Positions 24,498 through 36,218 of a stretch of DNA of 64,000 nucleotides are shown here, piece after piece; within the stretch, counting starts at the first letter, position 1; each line of letters opens with the position of its first letter. Source of the DNA: Octopus bimaculoides (taxonomy: Eukaryota). Made by a program: the position numbers and the translations under genes. Location: positions 14,872,474-14,936,473 of the forward strand of contig NC_068981.1 of the NCBI RefSeq assembly GCF_001194135.2. The letters run 5' to 3'. The notes beneath the pieces were generated by a model. It saw only the letters and a list, made by a program, of their open reading frames with translations. It was not told the DNA's origin and ran no database searches.

Positions 24498-26999
24498 NNN
24501 NNNNNNNNNNNNNNNNNNNNNNNNNNNNNNNNNNNNNNNNNNNNNNNNNNNNNNNNNNNNNNNNNNNNNNNNNNNNNNNNNNNNNNNNNNNNNNNNNNNN
24601 NNNNNNNNNNNNNNNNNNNNNNNNNNNNNNNNNNNNNNNNNNNNNNNNNNNNNNNNNNNNNNNNNNNNNNNNNNNNNNNNNNNNNNNNNNNNNNNNNNNN
24701 NNNNNNNNNNNNNNNNNNNNNNNNNNNNNNNNNNNNNNNNNNNNNNNNNNNNNNNNNNNNNNNNNNNNNNNNNNNNNNNNNNNNNNNNNNNNNNNNNNNN
24801 NNNNNNNNNNNNNNNNNNNNNNNNNNNNNNNNNNNNNNNNNNNNNTATATATGTATATATATACATTCGTTCTTCACTCACTTATTAGCATTCTTATTTT
24901 ATGTTATATCCATTGTGGGGAAATCTATCGTCATACAATGGTGACCTCTTCACAAAGAGAAAGACGCACATGGGATGGCGGAATAAAGGAAGAGGTTATA
25001 TATGTGTTACAAAAGAATTCCAGACAATGGGTATAGGATAAAATAAAAGAATCTCAAAATAAGAATGAATATATAGTGCTTGTGTATTTTGGGCCAAAAA
25101 GAAAATAATTACCATTCCGAAATACAACCGTAAATTCACATCCCGAATCATGAATTATAACATACCTCCGCTATTTTACTGAGACAACACAATATTACTT
25201 AGAGAAATCGTTGTGTTACGCAAGTGACTTTAACTCTATACGTGAAGAAAGACGTTAAACTAGCAACGAGCCAAGACAATATAAATGGTCTGATGCTATA
25301 ATCTCTGGAAATTTTAAGTGAATATAACATTTTCTATTATTTTAGATAATAAATTTGATAACCAGACATCTGCTACTGATAATCACAAACACTAATACAA
25401 CTTGTGTATGGGTGAATCGTCGGCTACTAATCCAGTTAAGCCATCGAAGTTGTTTAGTGAAATGGATAAGATTTAGGCGCTTAGGTAGATGAAAAACAAA
25501 ACCTTTCAAAGAGGTAATGAACTCGAGAGATTCAACAACCATCGAAAGTGTGTATATATGCATGTGTGTTTTGTGTTTTTAAGTATGTGTATGTATATGT
25601 GTGTATAAATATATATATCAACGTGTATGAATTTGCAGCAAGACATATCACCAATAATGTCATGAAGGTATTCACTGCGTATACTCCATATAATATCCGT
25701 ATACTGACATAACAGGTAAACTGTGTACTCTTATTAAGATTTTACGTTCAAGAGAGCTGAATAGAGATTCAATAATAATATATAGGATTGTTGTAGTCCT
25801 TTATGTATATGACATGCAAGATACATTTTTAAATCCGCTTTCGTTTCTCAGCTTTATCGATACAACATCAATATACAAAGTAAAGGGAAATGTATGTATT
25901 AAAACTGCCGGTTTAAATGGTTGGTTTTAAGGCGATACGTTTTCGAGCTTCAAAATAATTAAATTCGTAGTAGTGACGTTACAAAATGGATGCTGTGAGA
26001 GATGTAGAGTAGCTTACTATGTGTGATAGCCATACTTCTTTGATTCAATATTGATAGTTAGAGAAGCTAACGATGAGATAAGAGTAATGTATTTCATGTC
26101 GATAATATTCTAAACATTCACACTTCACGTTGTTTTTTTCTCGAATAAAACTTGATTTCATGTATATGGTGTTTTTGATATTATATTTTAGTGGTTTATT
26201 TAATTTGAGAACATTACGCTTTATGCTGCAATATACCAAGTTGACTATTTGTGTGTTGAATGTTATTTTTGTGTTCTGGTTTCCTGTCCGTTCTGATAAT
26301 ACTTCAATTGTTCCACTGAACAGTATGAGTTTTCTTTTTGATTCGCATTTGTGTTTTTAAATTTTACTAAAATGGAGCTTTGAAGAGAAATTTATGCGGA
26401 AGGAGCAGATAACTGACTCTTTTGTTCTGCTCTCCTTTCATCTTGTTTGTCTTTCTAACTGGTTGATAATTTAGAATTATTAACGTTTTTAATGTGTCAC
26501 GTGCGATATAATAAGCAGACCGCTTTAACACATTAAAGTGATATTCTCTTTCTTTCATTAGTTATATAGATTATAGATACTATTTGGTTAAGAGAATACT
26601 GCACTTAGATATCATAGTTATTTATGGTTATTTATGTTACTGGTTCAAAGTATATCGATCTCAGTAAAACAAAAGAATAAAATAAAAAAAAGGAAGTCAG
26701 ATTAAATGTATTTGACAAAATAATCTCAGTTTGCCTCTACTGTATTTTTAATTAATAATGACTTTCAACTGGAGATGTAAAACTTGTAATGGAAGATGAA
26801 TGCGTCGGTTTGAAGTTCATATTTGTCATATTCTTCTTTCTTTTTTGAAAAAAGTTATGGCAATATCTACACTAGTATACAATGAACTGTACACGGTTTT
26901 ACTTCAGTATCCCTAGCATGGTGAGAGGAGAGCGTCAGGTATTATGAACAGGGCACCTCGTTCCAACAACTTTGCTATTTTCATTTTCTCACAGACCTA

Positions 27000-27975
27000 T
27001 CTCGCAACAACGCTCCTCATGTAATAGTCCAATGGATTGAGATCAGGGGAATTAGGAGACCAAATGTTACGGATTATGTGATCATGAAATTTTTCAGCCA
27101 TCCATTCCTCTGTTACTAGAACCATGTGTGATAGTGCAGTGTCTTCCTGAAGCACATGTGGCCTTCCATTGCAGACACTCTCTATCCATGGTTTAGCAAT
27201 TATTTCAAGTACCTCAATGTAGGCTGCAAATTTCTAAAAGCTTGGGGAAAGAAGTAAGAAGGCATCACATGTCCTTCATCGTTGACAAACCCTAAAACAA
27301 TGACAGTTGCAGGAAATTTGTACGCATAACACTTAGAACTTCAGAAGGGTCTGCATATTACCATCTGTCATTTCTTATGTTAATTGTGTGATCTTGGTCT
27401 ATGTTTTTCTCGTTTTAGAATAAACAAATCAAATCTTCAGCTGGGTTCTTCAGTTTGTTTAAGAGCCTTTTAGATCTGATGTAGTGATTTTCTTTTACGT
27501 TTTCTGACACTTTGACCTTTCCTCATCATATAAGACTTATATCTGATGTCTTCGTTGACAACATTCCTGACTGCTCCTTCTGACACATGGAAATCTTTTG
27601 CAACAGACCTCGTGGTCTTTCTGGGATTGTTATCGATAGTCTTTTGAACTTGATGGATAACTTCAGGTATTATGATGATTTCAGAGCGTTTAGATTACTT
27701 TTTTATGCTTTGATACTGGTGATACGTTTCCATCTTCAGTCTATCTCCTTACAAACTCTGTAGAAGGAACATCTGGTAATTTTTAAAAATTCGAGATATT
27801 TCAAAATCACTTTGCTCACCCTTTATAACCACAATGACAGCATGCCTCTTCATTTCTTGAGTAAGCTGAGGGTCTGCCATAATTATTTTCTGAAACAAAG
27901 ATTATACTACGTTAGGAAAAAATGCAGCAATGACCCAAAAAAGGTATGTCCCTAATTACCTTAAACACTCTGTAT
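27000..27975 (-). mobile_element. DD37D (maT-family, Tc1/mariner superfamily) transposase pseudogene with a 5' TIR-like end
   Basis: Minus strand: QKTIDNNPRKTTRSVAKDFHVSEGAVRNVVNEDIRYKSY (HTH); F*NEKNIDQD..NxRNDRW; GRPHVLQEDTALSH...WSPNSPDLNPLDYY, with exactly 37 residues between the second and third D. The end reads tacagagtgttt followed by TA at about 27974. Confidence 0.9.
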
Positions 27976-28029
27976 AACTTCAATTTGTCAACAAATTACT
28001 ACCTTTACATATTTATGAAGATTTCATCC

Positions 28030-28190
28030 CTTTGTAGCAAGCATGTCCTGAATTTGTGGTGAAATAGTACAGAATAGTTCGGCACCATATCCTGTCGGAG
28101 CCCAGTGGAGCTTTAAATGTTTTCGCTCAATAAACATTCGCAACGCCCGGTCTGCGAATCGAAACCGCGATCCTACGACTGACCCGACGA
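28030..28190 (-). mobile_element. SINE family C head/central fragment
   Basis: gtggagctttaaatgttttcgctcaataaacattcgcaacgcccggtctgcgaatcgaaaccgcgatcctacgactg matches 29690-29770. Confidence 0.8.
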
Positions 28191-28356
28191 CTGGATCACA
28201 TATGTTGGGTTCAGCATATTATCCTCCATTTTCTAATTGTTATATATATATATATATATATATATNNNNNNNNNNNNNNNNNNNNNNNNNNNNNNNNNNN
28301 NNNNNNNNNNNNNNNNNNNNNNNNNNNNNNNNNNNNNNNNNNNNNNNNNNNNNTCT

Positions 28357-28393
<37 letters not shown>

Positions 28394-28522
28394 TATGTGT
28401 GTGTGCGTGTATAGAAAAAAAACTTATTGGAAATAGATGCGTAGCGTTCAATCAAATAATATAATTAATATATATGCATATATAGACACACTTGTGTACA
28501 TGCATAAGTATATATGTATATC

Positions 28523-29186
28523 GCTATGCATATACCGGTACAGGACGTCACAAAACGTATACAAACATGAAATGCGAAAATAAATTTGGCTATGCAAAAA
28601 ACGAGAGAAACAAACGGAAAACAAAATAAGTAACATAAAAATGACCCTTCATCAGATGTTGGCTGTCCTTCTACTCCTTAGTTTGAGCATTCAAATAACA
28701 TGATAAGACGTTGAAGGCAATTGCTACCACGAAGCAAGATAAAAAAAATGGGTTTTAGGGAGAGTCAAAGTTGGACGAAAAAAACAGGACATACAACAAA
28801 CCAAACCAAACGAATACAAGCAAGGAGGGCCGTTATGCACAAACGAGTTAAAAATGGCGAACGCCTGAAGAAGAATCTTTGATAAGAGAAAAGAGGTGAG
28901 GCAAATACAAATGCGTCCAAAGTGCGCAAGAGATTGAGGGAAAAGAAAGATCACGTGAGGAGAGGAACGATGAACGATGGCCACGTGTGAGCAGCCAGAG
29001 AGTAAAGGAAGAAGAAGGAGAGGGAGGGTGGAGTAGATAGAAAACGGCGAAGGGGAGTAAAAAGGAACGAAAGTGCGAGAGACAGAGAGAGGGGGAGAAA
29101 AGATCTGTTTTTGCGTACCCAACGTTATCTTCGTATTTCATGTTTGTTTACGTTTTTGTGACGTCCCGTACCGATATATGCATAGC
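28523..29186. mobile_element. Element bounded by about 61-bp inverted repeats, with a purine-rich (pLTR-like) interior
   Basis: gctatgcatataccggtacaggacgtcacaaaacgtatacaaacatgaaatgcgaaaataa (28523-28583) is the near reverse complement of 29125-29186. Confidence 0.7.
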
Positions 29187-29244
29187 TATATACATAGGTG
29201 CGTATGTATGTACATATGTGTGTCTCTATATGCGTATATATTAC

Positions 29245-29292
29245 GTTGATTAGATCAACTGGAACCTCGTCGTCGTAACCGACGTAGTACCA
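29245..29292 (+). mobile_element. SINE tail X fragment
   Basis: gttgattagatcaactggaacctcgtcgtcgtaaccgacgtagtacc matches 58540-58585 and the reverse complement of 29818-29860. Confidence 0.7.
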
Positions 29293-29315
29293 CATGATAT
29301 TTATCTTATTTGTCT

Positions 29316-29383
<68 letters not shown>

Positions 29384-29484
29384 ATATCTTATTCGGTCGG
29401 TATTTTTTTAACTTTTATTTTTCAGACGCTATTGTTTTCATTTTAAGTGCAATCGTTAATGCTTTTACAAGCAACCACGACAAA

Positions 29485-29806
29485 TTACGGAGACATTAAC
29501 GTGTAATTGGCTGAGAAATCCACAGACACGTGTATCATTAACCTAGTTCTCCAAGGGATTTAGCATGACACAATGTGTGATAAGGCTGGCCCATTGGAAT
29601 ACAGGTACAACAGAAACAGGAAGAATGAGTGAAAGAAAGTTGCGGTGAAAGAGTACGGCAGGTTTCACCATCACCCCTGCTGGAACCTCGTGGAGTTTTG
29701 GGTGTTTTCTGTCAATAAACGCTCACAAAGCCCGGTCTGGGAATAGAAACAGCGATCCTACAACTGCGAGCCCGCTTCCCTAAATACTGGGCCATTGCGC
29801 CTCCAC
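29485..29806 (-). mobile_element. SINE with family C head and tail X
   Basis: Minus head ggaggcgcaatggcccagtatttaggg...gtttctattcccagaccggg; tail gggccagccttatcacacattgtgtcatgc...acacgtgtctgtggatttctcagcc is shared with family B. Confidence 0.8.
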
Positions 29807-29810
29807 AAAA

Positions 29811-30135
29811 AGAAGCACTCCGTCGGTTACGACGGTGAAGGTCCCAGCTGATACGATCAGCCGAACAGCTTGCTCGGGAATTTAACGTGGTAGTGGCTGA
29901 GCACTTCACAGAGACGTGTACCCTTGACGTAGTTCCTATGGATCTTCAGCGTGACACACAGTGTGAGAAGGCTGCTCCATTGAAATACAGGTACTATTCG
30001 TTTTTGCCAGCTGAGTGGACTAGAGCCACTAAAATAAAGTGTCTTCCTCAAGCACGCAACGCGTCTCCTGTATTTGAACTCACGACCTTACGCTTGTGAG
30101 CCGAATGCCCCAACCACTAAGTCACGTGCCTTCAC
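29811..30135 (-). mobile_element. Full-length SINE family B with tail X, in tandem with the C-head copy
   Basis: Minus strand: gtgaaggcacgtgacttagtggttggggc (A box), gagttcaaatac (B box), cttgaggaagacactttattttagtggctctagtccactcagctggcaaaaacga, then the tail to gtcgtaaccgacggagtgc. Confidence 0.85.
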
Positions 30136-30655
30136 TAGATTTTTATAGATAGATAAGTTATAGACAGGTAGATACAGAGAGATACATAGATATAGAGATG
30201 GATAGAGAGATATCGAGAGATATAGAGAGATGGAGAGAGATAGAGACAGAGGGGAATAGAGATATATATAGACGTGACTGACGCTAGTAAACCGGAAGTA
30301 AATATTTTTTAAACTTTGAAAGACGTGAATTTAATATAAAACGCAATATGTTTTTTATGACCAATGGATGTAAGGGAGGCAATCAATTACTCAAATTTAG
30401 TTCGCAAAGAGTTACCTGCCTTCTCCACGTAACCTAAGGATGGGTATTTTATGCCCCCAGGAGAGCCCGTTACTCATTGTTTGAAAACTTTTAAGAGTCT
30501 AAAACCATCGCTGGAACATAAGTAGTGTATGTTCCCTGTCTGGAGAAAATCAGTTGAAAATAGGGCTCTTATAATCTTTTACACACATGCAGAGCGGGAG
30601 TTATATTATAGATTAGAAACACGTTATAATTAGTTGCAAGCCTAGTTGAGGTAAG

Positions 30656-30703
30656 TATCTCTTTCACTTGTTTCAGTCATTTGAATGCGGCCATGCTGGA
30701 GCG
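30656..30703 (-). mobile_element. SINE family A 3' tail fragment
   Basis: cacttgtttcagtcatttgaatgcggccatgctggagc. Confidence 0.8.
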
Positions 30704-30894
30704 CACAGCATATACCTCGCAAAATTACAATCTATTATTGTATTCTAAACTATATACATATTTTGTAGAATATGTACATGTGTGTGCGTGTGTACATAAA
30801 TAAAGATATTATTACTCATAAAATAATAATAATAATATAAGTTGCTAGGACATAAACCATAAAAGTACATTTATATATTTATAAACATAATTAC

Positions 30895-31362
30895 AATTGT
30901 ATGTACCAGATAGTATTATTGCCAGCGTTGCTAGAAATAAGAGTCGAAACATACTTAAATATAAATTCATAAATTTATAAATTTATAATTTTACCTTTTT
31001 GATGTTTATGCTTGCGAGCCACATATATTATTATTATTTGATTAATGATGATATCGTGATTTATGAATAATTATACATTATTATCGTTTCAATTTAGCGC
31101 TAGTCTTTCAACAATTTGAACAAGTATGACGAAGAGAGTATTAGTTTAACACCAGGCAACGAAATCCACTGATGAGGATAAAGAGTATTATCTCAGAGTT
31201 TAAAATCACGTGTCATGGGTATATCTGCAAATATTTTCCGTCTTTACCTCGCAATTGCAGGTTGGTTTCTTATTCGCACCTCAAATTCGTCAGCTTGTTG
31301 AATTTTCAGAGATATATTTAAATATTATTTCCAACAAAACTGGTACTATCTGGTACAATTTA
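30895..31362. mobile_element. Degenerate MITE-like inverted repeat
   Basis: tgtaccagatagta...agaaataa on the left versus ttatttccaac...tactatctggtaca on the right. Confidence 0.45.
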
Positions 31363-32156
31363 TTATATTTCTAATTATAATTATAATTATCATTATATAT
31401 ATACATGCATATATATATNNNNNNNNNNNNNNNNNNNNNNNNNNNNNNNNNNNNNNNNNNNNNNNNNNNNNNNNNNNNNNNNNNNNNNNNNNNNNNNNNN
31501 NNNNNNNNNNNNNNNNNNNNNNNNNNNNNNNNNNNNNNNNNNNNNNNNNNNNNNNNNNNNNNNNNNNNNNNNNNNNNNNNNNNNNNNNNNNNNNNNNNNN
31601 NNNNNNNNNNNNNNNNNNNNNNNNNNNNNNNNNNNNNNNNNNNNNNNNNNNNNNNNNNNNNNNNNNNNNNNNNNNNNNNNNNNNNNNNNNNNNNNNNNNN
31701 NNNNNNNNNNNNNNNNNNNNNNNNNNNNNNNNNNNNNNNNNNNNNNNNNNNNNNNNNNNNNNNNNNNNNNNNNNNNNNNNNNNNNNNNNNNNNNNNNNNN
31801 NNNNNNNNNNNNNNNNNNNNNNNNNNNNNNNNNNNNNNNNNNNNNNNNNNNNNNNNNNNNNNNNNNNNNNNNNNNNNNNNNNNNNNNNNNNNNNNNNNNN
31901 NNNNNNNNNNNNNNNNNNNNNNNNNNNNNNNNNNNNNNNNNNNNNNNNNNNNNNNNNNNNNNNNNNNNNNNNNNNNNNNNNNNNNNNNNNNNNNNNNNNN
32001 NNNNNNNNNNNNNNNNNNNNNNNNNNNNNNNNNNNNNNNNNNNNNNNNNNNNNNNNNNNNNNNNNNNNNNNNNNNNNNNNNNNNNNNNNNNNNNNNNNNN
32101 NNNNNNNNNNNNNNNNNNNNNNNNNNNNNNNNNNNNNNNNNNNNNNNNNNNNNNNN

Positions 32157-32251
<95 letters not shown>

Positions 32252-32268
32252 GGATAGATAGATAGATA

Positions 32269-32374
32269 GATGCTAACGAATATATATATATATTCGTTAG
32301 CATCAGATGCTAACGGATATATATATATTCGTTAGCATCAAATGCTAACGAATGTATATATATTCGTTAGCATC
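32269..32374. repeat. Three tandem about 36-bp palindromes, GATGCTAACGAA(TA)nTTCGTTAGCATC
   Basis: Units at 32269-32304, 32306-32339 and 32341-32374, attached to a (GATA)n tract. Confidence 0.95.
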
Positions 32375-32695
32375 TATGCATGTATGTGCCTATATTCATA
32401 CATTGATGCACCACGATATTATGCACGTCATCCGACACATAAAGGACAGTCGCCAGATTTTATCGAAACAATTGTCGTATGGAATAAAGACTAATACCAA
32501 ATCCATCTTCTAATTCATTTAGGGATTATTATCTCAACTGACACTGCGGAATTTATGAAGTAGGTCCAACGGAGATATACTCAAACTGCAGGTGACACCA
32601 GGTAGCCCAAACCATGTTGTTGCTTTACTCAACACATTTCCCCATTGTTTGACAAATACCCATTTGTCCAAAAAATTACATATAATATATATAGG

Positions 32696-32728
<33 letters not shown>

Positions 32729-33246
32729 GGAGAGAGAAGAGAGAGAATGTCACTTACGTATATACACATACATATGTACTCATATACATAAACAAACACA
32801 TAAACACGCGCGCGCAGACATATGCATTCAAGTTCATCTAAATAGACTTTGTATTGATCAAAATCTTGGTCATACTTCTCCATAAACTTCCGCTGCACCC
32901 CACATCTCTTCTGGTTCTCTTCATTTTGTGTCTCTCCTCCCCCCACTTTCTCTCTCTCTCGCTCTCTCAAACACTCCCATTCACTGTCACTTTCTCTCAA
33001 GAAACACTGCATACGTATACACGTCTACTAAAAATTCATGTCGAGATGTATGTGTGTGAATATTATTTCTTAAATTTGTCTTAGTTTAAATATTTCCTAT
33101 TGATTTTTCGGAATGTAATAATTAGTGCGTATAAATATATTTAACTTTTGGTTAGTTTGTTCCTTGTAGCCTCTTTATAGCTCCAAGTCCTAATTTCGGC
33201 ATGCATTTTCAAACGCCGTTTCCATCTAACTTTTTCATATATATAC

Positions 33247-33277
<31 letters not shown>

Positions 33278-34200
33278 NNNNNNNNNNNNNNNNNNNNNNN
33301 NNNNNNNNNNNNNNNNNNNNNNNNNNNNNNNNNNNNNNNNNNNNNNNNNNNNNNNNNNNNNNNNNNNNNNNNNNNNNNNNNNNNNNNNNNNNNNNNNNNN
33401 NNNNNNNNNNNNNNTAAATTTTTTCCCCCTTCGCTATGTGAAATAACATTACATTTGAAGCTGGATATGGTAATTTTTTTTTAAATCTCTGTACATATTA
33501 CAATTTTTTCCTTCGTTGTATACAAATTAAAATATTTTTGGCTCTAAGGCCCTGACGATGTAGAAATTAAGTTACTGTGCTTAAATATATTTTTCTCCTT
33601 GACTTTGGCAATTCTTCTGAGAATGTAATACGTATTTAAATATACATACACACACATATGTCTGTAAATGCGTGTGTCTTTGTCAAAGCATATACATATG
33701 TAAGTATGTATGTATAAGTATACATGTACATATATATATATATTCTTTTATAAATGTGTGTATATCTATGTGTGTGTATATATGTAAGTATGTACGTATG
33801 TATATATATATATACAAATTCATATTTATATCCATTTGGATGTATGTATTATGTATGTATGTATGCACGCGGACATATATACATCTATGTTCACCAAAAA
33901 TAAACGTTTAACTACCTTATTTTTGAGGAAAAAGAAAAATTTCTCCGATGTTTTTTTTATTTTTCTAGGTTACTTCCTGAACAATGTCAAACATATTGCA
34001 CTTTACATTTATATGACTTGTTCTGACTTACCGATGTAGGCTCCGCATTTTAACCATTATTGATATGCCAATCGCTCTTCAATTTTATTCGTATTCGTTA
34101 GCATACCAAGTGTTTTAGATATGTGTTCATTTTCAATGTCAATACATGCTTAGGTACATATACACTCACATAGGTTATGGCCGTTCAAATATTACTATTT

Positions 34201-34468
34201 TACTCTTTTACTTGTTTCCGTCATTTGACTGCGGCCATGCTGGAGCACCGCCTTTAGATGAGCAAATCGACCCCAGGATTTATTCTTTGTAATCCTAGTA
34301 CTTATTCTATCGGTGTGTTTTGCCGAACAGCTAAATTACGGGAACGTAAACACACCAGCATCGGTTTTCAAGCGATGGTGGGGGGACAAACACAGACATC
34401 CATACCTACACACACGCGCGCGCGCGCGCACACATACACACACACACATACACACACACACACACACG

Positions 34469-34503
<35 letters not shown>

Positions 34504-34876
34504 NNNNNNNNNNNNNNNNNNNNNNNNNNNNNNNNNNNNNNNNNNNNNNNNNNNNNNNNNNNNNNNNNNNNNNNNNNNNNNNNNNNNNNNNNNNNNNNNN
34601 NNNNNNNNNNNNNNNNNNNNNNNNNNNNNNNNNNNNNNNNNNNNNNNNNNNNNNNNNNNNNNNNNNNNNNNNNNNNNNNNNNNNNNNNNATGTATATATA
34701 TATAGATACATATCTACGACAGGCTTCTGTCACCTTCTGTCTACCAAATCCACTTACAAGGCGTTGGTCGACCCGAGGCTATAGTACAAGACACTTGCCC
34801 AAGGTGTCACGCAGTGGGAATGAACCCGGAACCATGTGGTTGGTAAGCTAGCGACTAACCACACAGCTACTCCTCT
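34201..34876 (-). mobile_element. Full-length tRNA-derived SINE family A with an internal (TA)/(CA) microsatellite, possibly related to the octopus OK/OR SINEs
   Basis: Minus strand: aggagtagctgtgtggttag (A box), ggttccgggttcattccc (B box), gacaccttgggcaagtgtctt...ctatagcctcgggtcgacc, the microsatellite/gap, then gcggtgctccagcatggccgcagtcaaatgacggaaacaagtaaaagagta. Confidence 0.9.
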
Positions 34877-35754
34877 GCCTTCTTCTGAGAGAATTGGCAG
34901 TCGGAAACTGAAAGTAAGTTGACGTAAAACTAAGCACGCACACAATCATACAACACACGTGCACATACATACTCACGTACATACACATACATATTTCTCT
35001 TCATTGATTCAATCATTGCATCGTGGTTAAGCAGAGCTTTGAACAACGGCTTTAATAAAATTGCTCATAGCACTTTATTTTCTAAAGCCTGCTGCTTCTC
35101 ATCTGTGTTTGTTTTGCCGAACTGGTAAGTTACTTTAAGATATACGTTCGTATGACCGTAATTCATGGCATAATGTTTGCCCAACAACTAATACTGGATA
35201 AAATTGTCAAACTCAAGAAACAGAATTCTTGTGATATCTGTTTTGTTCATGGATGAATGTTCTTTGTTAGGCGATCAACATGCAGAGCGAGTGATGTCTG
35301 TTTCTATTCTCATAATGAAACTCATCATATGAGTATGAGCATGGTTTCTGGAGTATGAGACAACAAAAATTATTACGAACTTCATTTAAATGTTCCGGTC
35401 TTCATATAAAGAATTTTAGTGAAGTATGTGCTTAAAAGCGAATTTAACATTCTGTATTGCATATGACTATGTATATATTAAAACACTTACACGAATCGCG
35501 GTTATTATTATAGTGCATTGGAATTCCGAATTTTACGTTCGAATTATTCTGATAAATATTATAAGGAAATGCATAATTATAATACACGTGTACGCAACAA
35601 ATAAGCACTTATTTTTTCTCGGATATAAGTTTACGTGGAAGTGTAAGTACACAGTGCCTCGAATATTGCCATAAGATACATGGTATATTTTATAAATATG
35701 CCTCCTCATGTATCATAATAGCATGAAACAATTAGTAGCTCTTTCGTTTGTGAA

Positions 35755-35789
<35 letters not shown>

Positions 35790-35808
35790 NNNNNNNNNNN
35801 NNNNNNNN

Positions 35809-35871
<63 letters not shown>

Positions 35872-36170
35872 GTGGGTGTGTGTATGTGTGTGTGTGTGTG
35901 TGTGCATACATACACGGATGCATACATCTACTGAAGTGTGCGTGCGTGAATAGTAACAATATTTAATTTGTGGCAAGGGTTTAACTAATTTTCAAAATGT
36001 ATATCAACCAATATTTTAGAAAGGTGAACTAATTTTCGACATAATAATTATTTCTTTATTTTTATTTTTTTAAAGTTTTACTCTGGTGTTTTATTTAAAA
36101 GAATGCAATTTGAAACAAAAAAGAAATACTACGTTATATGGCATACATATTCGAATAATTTAATGTGTTT

Positions 36171-36218
36171 TCAATGATGTTATCAATGATGTTATCAATG
36201 ATGTTATCAATGATGTTA
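36171..36218. repeat. Perfect 12-bp tandem repeat (TCAATGATGTTA) x4
   Basis: Directly visible. Confidence 0.95.

Noticed and set aside
31164-31200. CTGATGA followed by a hairpin (ggataa...ttatct)
   Set aside because: It is followed by CAGA rather than GAAA, and no stem III was found.
32269-32374. CRISPR-like array
   Set aside because: The units are self-palindromes with no unique spacers, the context is eukaryotic, and there are no cas genes.
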